Assembly: GCA_963693365.1 (NCBI GenBank)
Contig: CAVNZM010000013.1
Location: forward strand, 2,009,817 to 2,073,816
Direction of reading: 5' to 3'
DNA from: Amoebidium appalachense
Taxonomy: Eukaryota; Protista; Ichthyosporea
Length of the DNA: 64,000 nt
A program made the position numbers and the translations under genes. The notes beneath the pieces were generated by a model that did not search any database, was not told the origin of the DNA, and was given only the letters and a program-made list of their open reading frames with translations. Shown here piece after piece: positions 12,702 to 26,295 of this stretch (the stretch's first letter is position 1; every line of letters begins with the position of its first letter).

Positions 12702-13140
12702 TAGGGGCCAACGATATCGGCAGAGTCAATTTTTTGAAAGCGAGTTATTCTGCAAACAGCTGAATTGTTCTGCCAACAGCTGAATTATTCTGCAAAAAGC
12801 AAAATTATGCTGCTTTTAACAGCAGAATTATTTTGCTTCAGCAGAATCACTCTGTGCTTAGCAAAATTATTCTGCTAAGAAAGCAGAATTATTCTTTTAG
12901 CAGCCTGAATTATTCAGCTCAAAGCAGATTTATTCTGCTTTCAAAAGCAGAACAATTCTGCTTTGTTCTATAATTCTGCCTTTAGCAGAATAATTCTGCT
13001 TTTGCAGAATGTGGTTGTATAATTCTGCCTTTGCGTGTTAGCTTTTAGCAGAACCATCCTGCTTTTTGCAGAATAATTCTGCTTTTTGCAGAATAATTCT
13101 CCTTGGAGCAAGTTGACTCTGCCGATGTGGTTGGGCCCTA
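12702..13140. mobile_element. MITE with palindromic GCAGAATTATTCTGC repeats, copy 2
   Basis: Left end taggggccaacgatatcggcagagtcaat, right end agttgactctgccgatgtggttgggcccta. Same TIR and internal repeat as 8844-9313. Confidence 0.8.
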
Positions 13141-14000
13141 CACGTGCACACACCAACACAGCCACGTGCATATTTTCAAAGCACGCAACACATGATAATA
13201 AAGCCAAACCAACAGCTTTAATGTTCAGAGGTCACTGAGGTCATGAAGTTCATTACAGTCACGGAAGTCACTATCGCACGTTCAAGAATATCGAATCCCA
13301 ACCCGCAAAAAAACCGTAACATGTGATACCTGCAACTCCCCCCCCCCCCCCCCCCTCCCCCCCCCCCCCCCCCCTCCCCCCCTCCCCCCCCTTCCCCCCC
13401 CCCCCCTCCCCCCCCCCCCCCTCGCCCCCTCCCCCCTCCCTCCCCCCCCCCCCTCCCCCCCCCCCCCCCCCCCCACCCCCAAGCACAGTGTTACACACAC
13501 CTCAACCCACACACAGGTACGTCACACGCACATCTCCTCTGTGCAAGCATGTTGCGCAACACACAGGCATTACTCTTGAAAAAGGAAATTGAACCCCTTA
13601 ATATAGTTTAGTCTCTAACTTAATTAAATTAGACTAATCCAGCCCATTACAATTTTTGAATTCGTGTCCTGGTTTTTCGTTGAATAAATTTTCCGTGGGA
13701 GATGCTTATGGTGACGATTAAGACATGCATGAGCAGTGGGGGAGGGGGAGAGAACGGGGGCTGGGGGGGAGGGTGAGAACTTCAAGGGGGAGAGGGCAGA
13801 GAGAGCAGAGAGGAGGGGAGAGAGAGTAGTGGGGGGAGGGGGGGGGAGGGGGGGCTCGAGGGCTGGGGGGGGGAGGGTGGGAAGGGGGGGAGGGAGGGCG
13901 GGGGAGTGTAGAGAGAGCGGGGGGGGGGGGGGGGGGGGAGGGGGGAGGGAGCGAGCGAGCCTCGGAGAGAGAGAGAGGTTCGGCGGGACAGAGAGAGGGA

Positions 14001-14042
<42 letters not shown>

Positions 14043-14644
14043 CTCGGGGGGGGGGAGAGAGAGAGAGAGAGAGAGAGAGGCCCGGGGGGGGGGGGGGGGT
14101 GTGTGTGTGTGTGTGTGTGTGTGTTTGTGTGTGTGTCTGACGTGTGTGTGTGACGTGTGCGTGTGCGTGCGTGCGCGCGTGCCACGTGTGTGTGGGCGCA
14201 CGCGCCGACAACCCGTGCGTAATCAGGGCCGGGTCACATCGTGCCGCAGTGCGCTTATGAGAATATATTGAGTGCTTGCGAACATGCCCGCAAGTATGTT
14301 GCACGTGTTTGTGCATAGTGTGTGTGTGCGTGCGCCCCCGTGTTTGTGTGTTCGTCACCTTCGAGTTGTATCACGGTTTCTGTCAATGCATGTCACCCGG
14401 CACCGTTTGACACGTTTTTGCGCTTTATTTATTTGTCATCCGATGATGTCCCTGCTTAAGTTCCGTTTCTATTAAAATCATTACAAGATACACATTATTA
14501 CTGTAGGCCACAGAGTCACAGCCATGCCGGGCTACACAGACACCGTTGAGATGGCATTTACATGCACTGTATGGAAACGCCTTACGTTACTAGCCTAAGG
14601 GCATGTATGTAGGATACTGCGAGCTCAATATTGATGTCTCTGGA

Positions 14645-14721
14645 TCTAGTCAATGCATTCATCCTAGCTGCTGTCCGGATCCCAGCGGCATCGTCAAACC
14701 CTCTCTGCAAGTCATACCCGC
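14645..14721 (-). pseudogene. Decayed fragment of a third copy of the secreted-protein gene (C-terminal module)
   Basis: After removing 2-nt and 6-nt insertions, the minus strand reads G-G-Y-D-L-Q-R-G-F-D-D-A-W-D-S-S-*-D-E-C-I-D-*, versus SGGDWQRGFDDAWDSTYDECMKQYD* in copy B. Confidence 0.8.
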
Positions 14722-15011
14722 CTTGTAAGAAGTCTTAGATTACCAATAGACCAAAAATGACATGGAATTACTGACTGTAAAACATTTGTATCAATATTTA
14801 TCTGTAAAACTCTGCACAGTCCCACGAGCGGCATATTGAAAAACGTCCGTCAGTATGTGCATGAGCTAAGGCAACCACATTGGTCCACCCCCAGGGGTAT
14901 GTGTGGGTGTAAAAACACGTGTGAGGGTTGCGGGTTGGTAAAGGGGTGGGAGGAGGGGGGGGTCCCTTCCTTTTTCCTTTTTTTTTCTTTTCTTTTCTTT
15001 CTTTTTTTTTT

Positions 15012-15051
<40 letters not shown>

Positions 15052-15275
15052 GGGGAGGGCGAGGTGGGGGTCACCCAGTGCTCCTGGCGGAAGGCACATC
15101 CGACCGCGATGATTAACCTGGTAACTTGAAGCTCAGACGGTCCAGCCTTGAAACGAATCAGTTGTAGAATTCACTGCCATCCGGCGGAGAGTCTGCCAGT
15201 TCAATTTTTCGGGAAGCCTTAGAGGTCAATTTTAATGATGATGGATTTGCCGACGCCAATGCCTAGGTTTGAATA

Positions 15276-15412
15276 TAGGCCATGTCTGGTGCGGTGTTTG
15301 GGCCGGCAACCAATACTATGCCTAATTCCTGCCCCCCGGCCGCTGCTAACGGCCAGCGGGAATTAGGCACTCGCACTGGCTGCCCGCACACCCCCGCACC
15401 AAAGCTGGCCAC
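15276..15412. mobile_element. ~140-bp fold-back element (MITE-like or structured RNA), copy 1
   Basis: taggccatgtctggtgcgg...tgcctaattcctgc...gcgggaattaggca...ccgcaccaaagctggcc is self-complementary along its length; repeated at 16803 and 18175. Confidence 0.7.
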
Positions 15413-16284
15413 GAAATTATAACCTAACATAATTATAACTTATAATTATAAGTTAAACTTTGGCCCGGGCACAAAAGACACATTCGTCTTTTCGGTTGCA
15501 CTGCAAGTCGGGTCATGAATGTGCATGAAAATCTTTGCCGCAACCTATTAATAAGTGAGTCTCAGCTGCCCCGAGATGACACCTGGTCCACTGCAAATAC
15601 TCCGAATGTATGATTAGGTTTGGAATTGGATATGAACCCGGGCCGGTGGTTTAATTCATAGGTTGTTGGCACACCGTGGCAGAGAGGCTCCGGAGTACTT
15701 GAATTAGTAGGGTTGATGGCACTGGCCCTTTGATCATTCAGCAGTGTTGCAGCTCGATTTGCTCAGGCAAAAGTCTGTTCAACCCATCATGAGTACCGGT
15801 TAACATTAAGGCTTTCCATCACCTTGTGTTATGAACCCGAATCCTTGCATCACACCTTAAAACCACATGATCCCCTTCTGAGTCTCATCATGACCCCCCT
15901 CCCCCCGGCCCCCCCCCCCCCCCCCCCCCCCCCCTGGACCCCCTTCCGCGGCTTCCAGTCAGGCCAACTAAAATCCGATGGCATTGTCCATCTTGGTTCA
16001 CCATGGGGATCTGTGCATGCTGTGTTCGTGCAGGGTAGATCTTAGTGTGAACGACTTGAACTTCGATATCACATGTGTGCGTGTGAGTGCGCGCGCGCGT
16101 GTGCATGTGCGTGTGCGTGTTCATGTGCGAGACTCAGTGCGTGTGCGTGCATGTGTTTTGTGTGAGCGTGTGGCACGGCGTGTGTGTGCCACAATCCCGT
16201 GTGGGTGGGTGTGGGTGGGGAGGGTGGTGGTGGTGGTGGTGGTGCGTGTGTGTGTGTGTGTGTGTGTGTCCGCCCCCCCCCCCC

Positions 16285-16321
<37 letters not shown>

Positions 16322-16802
16322 GGGGAGGGCCGCTGGAAGAGGCAGGGGAGGAGGGGGGGTACGACGTGGGTGGCCGTGCATGTGTGCCATCGTCACGGTT
16401 CTTGCCAAGTTGTGTGTGGGTGTGAGACTGTGTGTATGTGTGCGTGTATGCGTGCACTGAGGTAACATCTTTTGTGTGTGTGCATCTGTGAGCCTGAGCT
16501 ACCTGCAACCCCACACGCAGGCTGCCGGGGGGAGGGGGGGGGGATGTATGCATTAGAGGGTTGAAAACATGGAGGAGACTGCAGCAGCAAAGGACAAACA
16601 AAACATTGCCAAGGGAGAGGGGAGGGGGAAAAAGGGGGGGGAGGGGGAGGGGGGTGGCATACACCGGGACATGGCTCTGGCAGTATCAGTGGTGGCATTT
16701 GCCTTGGTGGAGTCGTGTTGATGTGCACTTGGCCCAAGATCCCTAAAAAGCCTTTAAATTCATTTGTGTACATGTGCTTTTGTCTTCCTTTTCGTTTGAT
16801 AT

Positions 16803-16948
16803 TAGGCCATGTTTGGTGCGGTGTCTGGGCCGGCAACCAATACTATGCCTAATTCCTGCCCCCCGGCCACTGCTAATGGCCAGCGGGAATTAGGCACTCG
16901 CACTGGCTGCCCGCACACCAACGCACCAAAGATGGCCACCCTACTACA
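16803..16948. mobile_element. ~140-bp fold-back element, copy 2
   Basis: Near-identical to copies 1 and 3, same orientation. Ends ...tggccaccctactaca (reverse complement contains TAGGGTGGCCA). Confidence 0.7.
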
Positions 16949-18174
16949 TGCAAGTCACGCTTACCGGGCAGGGCAACACTTTGCGGTTTGGTAAACACTT
17001 TGCGGTTTCCATATACAGAGATCTAATAGTGGCTGAATGGCAATGTCGATTGAATCTATTTTTTGGGCGCACCACTCACTTGGGGTTGCTTTGTCGTTAC
17101 CGTGCGTCGTTGCATCCGCCTAGGCTGCTCCGCTTGCTGTGATTATCTCTAAATTGCTCGGTTCAAACACTCACTCCCAGACGGATTATGCGGGGACAGG
17201 GGGGGGGGGGGGGGGGGGGGTGGAGGGGAAGGGGGTAGTTGACATTAATGAGATTCAGAAGACCGTGTGTAAGCAGGCGGAAAACAAACTAATTACTACA
17301 AAAAAAAAGGGAAAGACAACGCTGTCGAGGCGTGCCGCCGTGCTGTACTCACAAGCCTTCGGAACACGAACACAGACACCGATTTACCGACAGGCCTCTC
17401 AAGAGCTCTACTGCGTCATTGAATGGACCAGGTTGTACATTACGAATTTCAGAGCACAAGTTTTCACTTGAAATTCGTACCCCCCCCCCCCCCCCCCCCC
17501 CCCATCCCAGGAGATTCCCACGGTACGAGTGGTCCCCTTTTCTCACGTCAGAGTACCCGCACTCCTCAGGCTCAACCTTAACTAGGCCGACACCTACAAA
17601 CACACACATGCCGTTGCCTCCACACACAATCACAGACACGGTGATACCCCTTTCCCCCAGTGTCCTACCGGCACACTGAGGCATCGAAGCTTGGCAAAAC
17701 GTCAACACGCACCCGGGCACTGACGCCATACTACATACCGTGTGTATACTAAGCACCCCACAGACCTAACAACTCAAATACTGAGCATAGTCACTAAGCC
17801 TTCGACCATGGCTGCAGCTGTCAGCACTGCCGGAAATAAGGAAAGTACCGGAAGTTACTGCAAAAGCGATAAGGCTTACCTGAAGGGAGGTTCTAGCCGG
17901 TTCAGCCTCCTTGCAGCAGCACTGGCATGCGCAGTTGCCAAACATCATGATGTCAGAAACCACAGAAGATGACCTGTAGCCACCACCTAAGGATTTGCAG
18001 CAGGCAGGCAGTAGAGGGAATTTATACATGTGTCCTTTTTTGGTGGGTTACCGTACCAAATATGTTAATGTAGTGACCGTTAAATCATGGGCCCTTGCCA
18101 TTTCAAACGTTTTGCATCTCTGCTGTTTGCTCAGATGGAGGTATTTATACGGTGGATGGTATAAGGTTTGATTA

Positions 18175-18320
18175 TAGGCCATGTTTGGTGCGGTGTTTGG
18201 GCCGGCAACCAATACTATGCCTAATTCCTGCCCCCCGGCCGCTGCTAACGGCCAGCGGGAATTAGGCACTCGTACTGGCTGCCCGCACACCCCCGCACCA
18301 AAGCTGGCCACCCTACTACA
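18175..18320. mobile_element. ~140-bp fold-back element, copy 3
   Basis: Near-identical to copies 1 and 2, same orientation. Confidence 0.7.
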
Positions 18321-18569
18321 GTGGAAATGCTTGTTAATAGTAGTCCTGCCGCTGTAAAAGCAGAGCGGCAACCTGAATGAAAAGTGCCGACATTGCTGGG
18401 CTACTGCTTGACGGGGTCTCGGAGTGACGGAACCAATGCAGTGCTTGCTTGTGTTAAATTGATATGACCGTCGAGAAATTTATGATCGAACAACACCGTT
18501 GAATTGAAAATATTTCAATTCGCTTTTTGTTTTGCAAGGGACACACAAAGAGTATGCATCATAAGGACT

Positions 18570-18605
<36 letters not shown>

Positions 18606-18701
18606 AGGTGGAAGAGAGAGTGGGGGGCGGGGGAAGCCTCGGGGGCCGGGGGGGGGGGGGGGGGGAGAGCAGAGAGGGAGGAAGGGAGGGAGGGAGAGAG
18701 G

Positions 18702-18780
<79 letters not shown>

Positions 18781-19309
18781 AGGGAGGGAGAGAGGGAGGG
18801 AGGGAGGATGGGGAGGGACGGAGGGAGTGAGGGAGTGAGGGAGGGGGAGGGAGGGAGAGAGAGAGAGGCCGGGGAGGGGAGAGGTGGTGGTGGTTGGGGG
18901 GGGGGGGGAGACGACCCACAGCAGTCACGTGTGCTGATGTTGATGTCTGTTCAAGTGCCGCTAAGGCCAATACAGCTTGCCGCCTCCGAATCTCTGAATG
19001 TCACCGCTAAAGGGCTGGCATTATCGAAACAGTGCCGGTGGACTCTACATTATCTCCACAGAGGTGGGCAGGTGATAACAACTGGCGCAGGTTCCGTGTT
19101 GGTCGGCTGATCATGATGGTGATTCAATGTCAGACGGTGGCAATTGCCGGGGCCTGGCACTTAGTGCTGAGGCTGTAGTAAGCATTGAATCAATGATCAA
19201 AATTTGAGGCAGGAGGAATTCAATGGGTGTCTAAGCCTTGTGAGTGTGTGTGTGTATGTGTGTGACACTGTGTGTGTGTGTGTGTGTGCACGTGTGTGAA
19301 TGTGTCCCT

Positions 19310-19341
<32 letters not shown>

Positions 19342-22300
19342 CAGGTGTCAGGTGGGTGTTACTACGTGAGCGGGTGTGCCACGCACGGGCCGTGGTGGGC
19401 CCTGGTGTGTGCGAGCGCACGGTGACTGTGCGTGTGTAGTGTGTGTGTGTGTGTGTTGGGGGGGGGGGGGGGGGGGGGGACGGTGTGCATGGAACTAATG
19501 GTATGCTCAGCCTGACTGATGATACGGCCGGCGGGCAGTGCATGAATCATGCCTGTGATTATCAGAGTCAAAAGAGGGAAGTTCCGGGTTTCATTTTTCA
19601 CAAGCAAGTGTGCAGCTTTGCAACTTCCTACAATCATAATAATTCAATTCACTGAATGAGACCGTCAGCATATTGTCCAAAACCAGTTTTTACAACCTAA
19701 AGTTTAAAAAGTTATAGACCACCCTCTGAATCATTTTGGCCGGTCACGGGCATATGCACCAAAACACCATACAACCGGGACTCCTGAGCTGCCGGCCCCC
19801 TACCAGTCCAGCAGTTGCTAAAGTCCGTCGGCTCGTTGGAACATGTCGGCGAGATGACGGAGCAAACCAAAGACTCATATCCAACTATCACCGATGATCA
19901 CCCCGTACGCCGCCTAGTAATACGTGTGACCGGCCTTCGAGAGTCAAGTTTGCGCGACACGTCATGTACACCGCAATTGCAATCTTGAAGGGAAAGTTTG
20001 CCCGCGCACTGATTGTTGACATGTGCCGAGGATGTTGGCCAGCCCGGCAACCGCTGACAGTGTGGTTGTGTAGTCGGTGCCAAATCATCTACGCTGTGTG
20101 GAATTCAGTGAAGTTCATCGGTGCGGCAGGCTGTATCACGGTGGCAACGACATTAGAAAAGTGGCAGACAGTAGACCTGCCCCAGTGGCCATCCGGTGGT
20201 GACTCCTTCAATTGACCTCAGTGATGGCCATGTACTAAACTCTGGGTTAGCACCGTCTACTAACAAGTGAGTATGATTCAGTCTGTGGAAAAGAAGCACA
20301 TTCGAGAAGAAAAGAAAGAGTAGGGTCAATCTGCGAGACTTCACTGGTGTAATTCTATATCATCAACCGTTGGCGTATGCGTAATTCTAAATCAATGAAA
20401 ATTCTGGTTGAACTTACACTCAGCCACTAGGCTAGATGACAACCTATAAGATCTTCAATTGCCTACTAGTAGCTCTGTGGTCACGTTTGGAGATGAAATG
20501 GGAACGGTTGAGAATGGTCCTTAGACATGCGAGTCATTCAGCCTAGACAAAGCTCGGAGGGGAGAGAGGAGGGGGGGGGGGGGGGGGAGGGGGGGAGGGG
20601 GAGGGGGGGGGGGAAGGAGGGGGGGGGGGGGGGGGGGGTGAGCTGACGAATCGGATTCGGTTTGCCCCAGACAAGCAGTGACCCGCTACATAGTATGTAG
20701 GTACCGTGAGGCAGCCAGTAAGCTACGGCCAACACTAAATATTATAGTAGTCATACCATATCATGAAGCCAAATGCAACAGGCTACTACGTCACGTGAGT
20801 CGGACTCCTAGCAGTGGGGAAGGGGGAGGAGGAGGGGGCGGGAGGGGGGGGGGGGGGGGGGAGGCGGAGGGAGTGCTGGAGGTATTTTGCACGGCAGGGG
20901 GAAATGAAAGTCTAAGTATGATGACGAGGTCTGAGTTACTACGGACAGCGGGGTTTTGTAGGAAATTTTAACACACCGTCGTGAGAGTCAGTGCACATGC
21001 ACACCGAATACGAAAAATAAACACGGTACCAACCTGCTTGGCGGCAGTCAGCATCGATATCTGCAGAACTCTCAAAGACGTTACGTAGAGTCCGTAGGTA
21101 GGTGTTGCCTCTCCGACGGCAGCGGCGGCACTACCGCGGCCAGTACCAAAGTCCATCCGCCCGATCATCTGGCACGGTGCGTGGACTAGGGTCGTGATGC
21201 TCCGACTCGCTCCCCCGACTTGCGGCCAGTGAAAAAATTGTCAAGCAAAGGTACTAACCGGGTTTCCCGATGATGATTTCTCGAAGGTTTTTAGACCCCT
21301 GCAGCCATAAGTACCATGTGCACTGCAGCACTGACCAGTAGCCACGGCATGCATCATAAAGGCCACAGTGGCACAGGTTGGTGTTTGGCCAGGACAGTGC
21401 CGGTGGCTCTGGGGGACCGAATACGGCGTTACAACACAGGGGGAATGGTGGAGGCCCGGCAACAATTTAAACCTGCAGGGGTGGAGCACTCGGAGTTAGT
21501 GTTGGCAATCAGCCATGTCAGCGGCTAAGTTTTGCGACATATGCTTCAGTGATGCACCGATTGACAAAAAGCTGGATCTCATTCCCGGGTGTAATTATGA
21601 TGACCGTCAATACTTTACACGCACCTAGTATGGTATTCGCGGTTGCAATCATGACGCCGATGACTTAAAGTTATTAAGCCGTGGCTTGGGCCCGTCGTGC
21701 ACTGCATGACTGACAGCCTTCACTACCCACTACTGTATTAGTAAGAAGCCCGGGTTACTGAGTGTTCTGTTGCCCTAGCTGTTTGCCGGAAAGCCGCGAT
21801 CTGTGACTCGCGAGTCGGGTAGTGACCAACAATAGTTTGATAGGACGAGCCTCAGGCCAGGCGGCACGTCGTAAATCCGCCCGTACCAGCTCACGGTGGC
21901 TGCCGCACATAGTGGTCACTACTGTTTATTTGTAGTATATGTTCACCTGTGCATCATAAGGTCTCTGTCAGGCTGTCACTTGTAGGTGAGCACTTGATTG
22001 ACACTTTGCCGGCCTTCACGGTAGGTTTTGGCCAGAGCCAGGGGAAGTAGTTCAAGTGGCATTGGACTGATGTGGCTCATGACAACCAGCCAGCCGGCAC
22101 TAAAACTGAAGTGCACTACGGTAACCCGTGAATGCCAACTCAGGTTAATGGGGAGCAACACACGTGCACGGAGAGCCTAACGGTAATCGGCGCTAGTGAA
22201 TGAGAGCTCCAAATGTTATTAGCATGTTTCCCTTCATCCCCCGTGGCACATCATCCTCAGAATACCATCTTGATGCATCACCCTGGTCAGCCCGAGAATC

Positions 22301-25300
22301 GAAGAACCATGCTGTGGTCAGACTGAGTAACTTCAAGCTTAACTTACTGCCAGTCGATGACAGTAGTCACTGGTTATCATCGCTGCATGATCAGATTATT
22401 TCTGAAAGTACTCTTTCCTAATTAAATCCTTTGCACTCAGAAGTTCTCTTTGCTTCACTCCGGGACCCCGGCCCCTCCCCCAGTCACAAAGCCAGATGCG
22501 CCATCCCAGATTCTGACCTCCTATAAGTTTTTTTGACTCAACATGGCCGCAGTGCTACTAAACTATTGAACTAATAACAACATAGGCTTACCGACTCGGG
22601 TGACAGGCCAGTGGACGTAGCGAAGGCACAGAGTCCGAATGAGGCCTGATTCCGTTGCGGCCAAGGCAGTCCAGTCACTAATAAGCCGTCGCTAAGAGCA
22701 GTAGGAGAAGACTTAAGCCAGGCTGGCTGCAGCCCCTCAGGAGGCAAAGGGAAGCCAAACATGTGCCCCTCGTGACACAAAAAAACAGCGTGCAACTCTG
22801 ACTCTAAGTTTGGTTGCCGTGTGCACCTGTTTTCGCTTTGAAAAACTTTTTCGTTTCAAAAAAACTCGGGCCGCGTGGCAACAGGTGTGCGTGACTTGAA
22901 CAGGGCAAAAAAAAAAAAACACGAACACCCGCATGATCGAACCAATCAAATCAGTGGGCAGAAGCATGCAAATGCCAAATTGGCGACTCTGCAAAGAGGG
23001 GGAAAAAATCTCTTTTTATTTAAATGCACTCATGTTATTGTAGCTTGTTGTTTCTTTTATATTTTAAAGATAGGTTCTAATAAGAAAACAATGTATTTTA
23101 CAGATGCTACTGGAAGGGTCACATTTCCTGGGGCCTATACAGTTATTTATTGGATATATTGTCAAAGCGAGAATTTTCGTTGAGGCTGATTGGTTAGAGA
23201 TAATTGCTCCCATGCATGGCCAGTGCGCATGCGATGATGCGATTCACGATTTGTCTTCCAAGAGGACCATAAGCTTTGCGCACACATTTCTAAACTTCTA
23301 AATATAAGCTTATTTTAAATCTTTTTTTTTAACCTTTTACTACACAAAAATAAGTTCAAGTAGTATAATCTTGATATGTAATCCTAAGCTGGGGCGCAGC
23401 GCGGTTCCTCGGAGTCGGAACTTCGGGAGAGCTGCGGCAACATTGGAATGCACAAGAATCACCCACCCTGTACTATCCCATCCCGAACGAGGTGATGTGA
23501 CAGGTGATAAAGTACACTTATTAGGTTGCTCGGTGTTATATACAGCCGTAGTAGGCCCAGAAAAGCCAAAAACCCTCAAATAATAACGCCGAAACTGCAA
23601 ATTAGATAATTTCCTCACAAATCCGTCCTGGACTGGGAGTCTGGCAGGCTGGCCAACACCTGCATAAAATTTGGTCCCGCGTGGGAAAGCCCTGGGCTTC
23701 GGATTCCGGCCATGGCCATCTCACGCGCTGCGATGAACTTCACGTTCGCCGATTTTTCCTTACACTCTCGCGACCGCGTGCATGCTTTCTGTCGCGGCGC
23801 CTCGACGGTTCGATAGAGCGGTCCAGTGTTCGCTGAATGTGTAAGGAAAAATAAGGAGCCATCAATCAGTAGGTGGCAGCATGCCATAAATGGGGAGGCC
23901 GATTTGGAAGATTCCATGCAAATTCAACCCAGAAACCTCTTCCTTTTGTTTGAAGTTTAGAGCAACCTAAAAGCACAACAAAACATTAAAAGACAAAACA
24001 TATAAAGCATGAATGCCTGCAGCATTCTCTCGGATCATTTTTCAGACACGTCAACATGACTCGGACTCGCTGGACGGGTGCGCCTGGTATTATTGTGGAA
24101 TTCGCAGTGATCTTATGCTAGGATCGGAGGAGAAACAGTTGGGGGATCGTGCCCCAAAAAACGGGACCTTCTAAACTTTTGGGTGGATCCTCATTTTACA
24201 CTCTATCTCACAACTATCCACTGTGACGTCCGTCTGTCTCAGACTGCAGGTCACTGAGCAAGTTGACAGGTCGAGGGCGGAAGAAAGGTTGCGTTGTCAG
24301 TCCGACACCCTCAGGCCATGTTAAACCTTGTGACGCCCTGCCACCGCCACGGTGGACCAAATGACTCTTGAGTCTTACTGAGTCTCTAAACTGTTCAAGT
24401 GCATCCTCTGGAGTCATCCAACTCTCACATTCGCTAAACATTAACAACACTGCCAGTCTGGGCCAGCTCCTGCCCGGAACCGGTTCGTAGTGGGGATGTG
24501 ACACACATTTGAAGTTAATGTTTCTGAATCATTGGCAGGCTTCAGTCATTATGACACTAACGTTTGACCGTCACGGTGATATGATAGCCTAGCCACATTC
24601 AGACTTGGCAAGGCAAGGCTAAGTTCAACTGGCACTGTAGAGTCGGCCTATCATGATTATTACCGGATCCTTGGCAAAACCCTTGTGCGCGGGGCCCCAT
24701 GCACAAGTACTAATCTGACTCTGGTGGCGGCACGAGACCATACCACCGTCACGGTGGTGGACGAACTGAAGTTACTGCCGGCTCAGTGCTCGGAGGCTTG
24801 ACGGTCTGCCTCCCTGGTCATCTTACAGTCAGCCGCTCAGTGCCCTTGGCAACCGGCTCAGTTGAATGTTTATCCTGAGACTGGCGAACAGTTGTCCCGA
24901 CCTGAGGCCGTTCCGGCTCACTGAGACTGAGACTTGGTGGTCTACCTGCCAACGTTGTTGCAGTGTTCAAAAAGCAGCCATCGGCCACTGACCGGTAACA
25001 TCAGGGCCTCAGCACGGCCTTATTAGTACGGACGTCGGTACGTACGGAACCGTGCCCCCCCCCTCCCTCTTCCCCCAACCCCCCCCCTCCACCTCCCCCC
25101 TGGCGCCCCCCCCCTCCCCCCTCCCCCCCTACCCTCCTCGGCCTCGGAGTCCCCCTCTCCCCCTTCTCCCCCCCCCCATCCCCCACACTGACTCAGTAAC
25201 CACCATCGTGCCCCCAAGTTCACTGGGCCCCCGAGTTGGTCCCCCCTCCCGAACTTCTTACCGAGTCCCCCCCCCACAACTTGGGGAGGGGGAGCCTCAA

Positions 25301-25612
25301 AAAAAAAAGAAAAAAAAAACCCCCCTCCCCCTCCTGGACCCCGTCCCCCCTCCTTGGTCCCCACCCCGTGACCCCCTAGCCCCCCCCTCCCCCCCCCTCC
25401 CCCCTCCCCGCCCTTGCGGAACAACCCCCTTCCCCCCCCCCCCCCCCCCCGCCCTCCGCGGTTCCCTTCTCCCGGCGCCCTTACTCCCCCCGAGGCCCCC
25501 CCCGTCCCCCCCTCCCCCTGCCCTCCCACCCCCTTGAGCCCCCCCCCCCCCCCCCCCCCCCCCCCCGGGCCTCCGGGCCCCGGCCCCTTACCGTCCCTGT
25601 CAGAGAGGCACT

Positions 25613-25888
25613 TGGGCCCTCCCTGAGGATGGGCTCTGCTTATGACGCATGCTGTGCGCATGGCTGATGTTGCATAGTTACTTGAATGTTTTCCTTTGCA
25701 TGTGTCCTGCACCAGTCTCATCGTGTATGCGTACTTCGTACTGTGTTTCGCATTCAACCCCCCCCCCCCCCCCCGAAGTTCCCCTCTCCCCGGAGGCTCC
25801 ATTCCCTCTTGTCCCCCGAGTCCCGGTCTTCATTCCTCACCAGGGGCTCACGAATCCCCCAGGGGCTCCCCCCCCCCCCCCCTCCCAC

Positions 25889-25922
<34 letters not shown>

Positions 25923-26258
25923 TGAAAGTTTGGGCACCGTATACACAGGGGGCTGTCACAGTGACATCCTATTTTTTTCAAACCGGTCAACTTGAAGTCG
26001 AGTACGACACGGTGACTAGTAGGCCCTGAGGTTCTGAAATGACTTAGGGGATAACAAAGCCGCTGGCAGCTTGAAAGCTTGAAAGTTTGCCAAAAACTGT
26101 TCGTTTTACAGACAATTTCTGATCATAATCGCTAGGCAGTAATAAATTTTCAAAGGTTCGTGAGTAATTATCACAGGCGGAGACTCAGTAATAAATCAAA
26201 AGGGAACATTTAATTTGTGCTGTCACCTGGAAGCCTGTGCACTCAGTGATGATCTCCC

Positions 26259-26295
<37 letters not shown>

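Noticed and set aside
15276-18320. CRISPR or tRNA interpretation of the three ~140-bp repeats
   Set aside because: Too long and too widely spaced for CRISPR; they fold as a single hairpin rather than a cloverleaf, with no clear A/B boxes.
19880-22420. Short 60-85-aa ORFs in the palindrome-rich interval
   Set aside because: No family motifs and no consistent frame; at most unrecognisable relics, covered by the footprint finding.
23615-23917. 100-aa minus-strand ORF containing a 13-bp inverted repeat (tttttccttacac / gtgtaaggaaaaa)
   Set aside because: No recognisable motif or splice context; more likely part of a non-coding repeat, and support is too weak to call a feature.
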